The notes beneath the pieces are model-generated. The model did no database searches and had not been told where the DNA came from. It saw only the letters and a program-made list of their open reading frames with translations. A stretch of 63,898 bases of DNA, filler included, from Octopus bimaculoides (Eukaryota): NCBI RefSeq assembly GCF_001194135.2. It is 10 parts of 8 records of this genome, joined end to end, with 100 filler letters (N's around TTAATTAATTAA, not from the genome) between each part and the next. Parts side by side here need not be neighbours in the genome. Positions count along the whole stretch, not along the records: positions 61,770 to 63,898 come from NC_068986.1; 9 more parts are not named here. One strand, written 5' to 3'. The position numbers were made by a program, and so were the translations under genes. Below, in pieces: positions 61,670-63,898 of this stretch. Each line of letters begins with the position of its first letter. The first letter of the stretch is position 1.

Positions 61670-62422
61670 NNNNNNNNNNNNNNNNNNNNNNNNNNNNNNN
61701 NNNNNNNNNNNNNTTAATTAATTAANNNNNNNNNNNNNNNNNNNNNNNNNNNNNNNNNNNNNNNNNNNNCCCACACAAACACACACACGTACACACACAT
61801 ACTCAAAAACTGCCTGCTGACCTTCCGCTCATCCCTTCCGCTAAGTGGGTGTAGCAGCACTCAGGTCGCACTATTAAATCCATACTCAGCACACACCCAC
61901 TCTTACTCCCGTAACTCATCAATTCCAGCTCCTTATATTCGCCTCTCCATCCCCATCATGATAGGAGGCGTAAACTAGCGTTGTTGGGCCTGATGATATC
62001 AGTTCAATATCCACAAAAGTTGGGCCGTCGGCGACTAACCCGGCAACCCCACAGAACATGCTCTGTGAGGAGGATGTTTTTCCTTCTATTTGGCCCCCTT
62101 GCAGACAAAAAATACTCTTTTCTGTATTACTAGTACATATGTGTGTAACACACAGTCTTTGCATGTGTTTCTATTCTTATAATGATTCCTAATGTTTTAG
62201 AATAAATAGACATAATAGAATGTCTACCGGCTGATGTATGTCATTTTTGTATCTCCTCCATTTTCTTTTTTGCTATATATATACATATACATATATATAT
62301 ATACACACACAAACACACACACACACATACACACACACACAAAATAAACAAACAAAAAAGCTGTACAGCCAGACGTGAAGTGTGTATGTATTGAACGCTG
62401 TGAGGCACGAACTGGAGGAGCA

Positions 62423-62962
62423 AGGCAAATTTGTTGTTGAAAACGCACCTAAATTTGTAAAACTCGTAATTGTTTAAAATACATTTATTTACATATATAC
62501 AAACTAGTTCCAGCAATATTTTTTTGTTTATCAACGGTAAAATTTTAAAATTAGGAATTAGAAAAACATCTTTAAAACTTTCAATGTTGACAAATTAAAA
62601 TGTTCAAAACAGGTAAATTTGGACAGGTACAAGTTTAAATGTTCATAGCAGTCAATAATATTAAAACTGTATACTAACATTAATGAGCTATGTGCATTCA
62701 AACAAATTGATATACAGTTTTAATATTATTGACTGCTATGAACATTTAAACTTTACCTGTCCTAGTTTATCTGTTTTGAATATTTTAATTTGTCAACATT
62801 GAAACATTTAAAGATGTTTTTCTAATTCATAATTTTAAACTTTTACCATTATAAACAAAAAATATTGTTGAAACTAGTTTGGTATATATTTTATAAATAA
62901 ATGCATTTTAAACAATTACGAGTTTTTCAAATTTAGATGCACTTTCAACATCAAGTTTGCCT
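62423..62962. mobile_element. 540-bp foldback palindrome (MITE/foldback-like)
   Basis: 62423-62673 is an imperfect reverse complement of 62711-62962 (e.g. GTTCATAGCAGTCAATAATATTAAAACTGTATA / TATACAGTTTTAATATTATTGACTGCTATGAAC); 37-nt loop. Confidence 0.9.
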
Positions 62963-63898
62963 ATATTTTTTCTTGCGTGGAAACACCCAGCCTCTTTTGT
63001 TATATATATGCACTCACGTACAAGCTAATTCTCACACGTATACNNNNNNNNNNNNNNNNNNNNNNNNNNNNNNNNNNNNNNNNNNNNNNNNNNNNNNNNN
63101 NNNNNNNNNNNNNNNNNNNNNNNNNNNNNNNNNNNNNNNNNNNNNNNNNNNNNNNNNNNNNNNNNNNNNNNNNNNNNNNNNNNNNNNNNNNNNNNNNNNN
63201 NNNNNNNNNNNNNNNNNNNNNNNNNNNNNNNNNNNNNNNNNNNNNNNNNNNNNNNNNNNNNNNNNNNNNNNNNNNNNNNNNNNNNNNNNNNNNNNNNNNN
63301 NNNNNNNNNNNNNNNNNNNNNNNNNNNNNNNNNNNNNNNNNNNNNNNNNNNNNNNNNNNNNNNNNNNNNNNNNNNNNNNNNNNNNNNNNNNNNNNNNNNN
63401 NNNNNNNNNNNNNNNNNNNNNNCACCAAATTTTTATACACATATGTAAGAACGACCGTGCGAACCCAAAAAGGAGAAATGGTGACGAATGGAAAAAACAG
63501 GACTCCTTTTATTTAAACGCGTCACACGGTCGAACACAAAAATATATCAAAGATGATATATAAATGTTATACTTCGATAACATAATGATTTTGTAAATGA
63601 CCAGTAATTAAGACGAGAGAACAACCGTATAAAGATGAATAACAGAAATATTTATTGTGACATTAAAATGTATGTCTGTGTGTGAGTGTGAATGCGACAT
63701 AATGAAAACATAATAAAAGACAGGCCGTCGTATAAAGAAAAGAGTGTGTGTAAGTGATACATGTATGTGTATGCGTGATATACAGCAGATAGAAAGAGTC
63801 AGTAACACGTGTGAGCATTTGCCGGTTTGTTGAGTACACAATAGGAAGAGTCTGTATGTAAGAAGTTGAGGCGTGTGTGTGGCAATGCGATCACTAGT

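Noticed and set aside
61930-62110. Possible RTE-like C-terminal relic (VLWGCRVSRRR/PTFVDI) on the minus strand
   Set aside because: Similarity is too weak and needs several frameshifts; a similar weak case lies at 35600-35860.

Overview
Eukaryotic, AT-rich, microsatellite-saturated DNA, almost certainly from an octopus. The assignment is inferred from my recall of octopus tRNA-derived SINE families and the RTE tail with (GAT)n. The assembly is fragmentary: many N gaps abut simple repeats, and nine 100-bp artificial joins (N~44-TTAATTAATTAA-N~44) stitch the window from at least ten pieces. I cannot recognise any host protein-coding gene; the listed ORFs are microsatellite translations, gap read-throughs or transposon fragments. 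The window is mainly a transposon graveyard. LINE fragments: L1/Tx1 (one long copy lacking its RT core, plus a head-to-tail stack of 3' ends), RTE (one apparently young family plus old BovB-like/RTE-X-like relics) and CR1-group. Also present: three SINE families (~25 copies or fragments), a Tc1 transposase relic, mariner-derived MITEs, Helitron2/HINE-like elements and two foldback palindromes. The best lead is a possible (ATT)n-targeting Tx1 LINE system with a partner SINE. Weaker leads are a CpG-rich promoter/first-exon-like island at 1.75-2.05 kb, two decayed hammerhead-like motifs and a few isolated candidate exons. There is no CRISPR array, rRNA or convincing tRNA gene.
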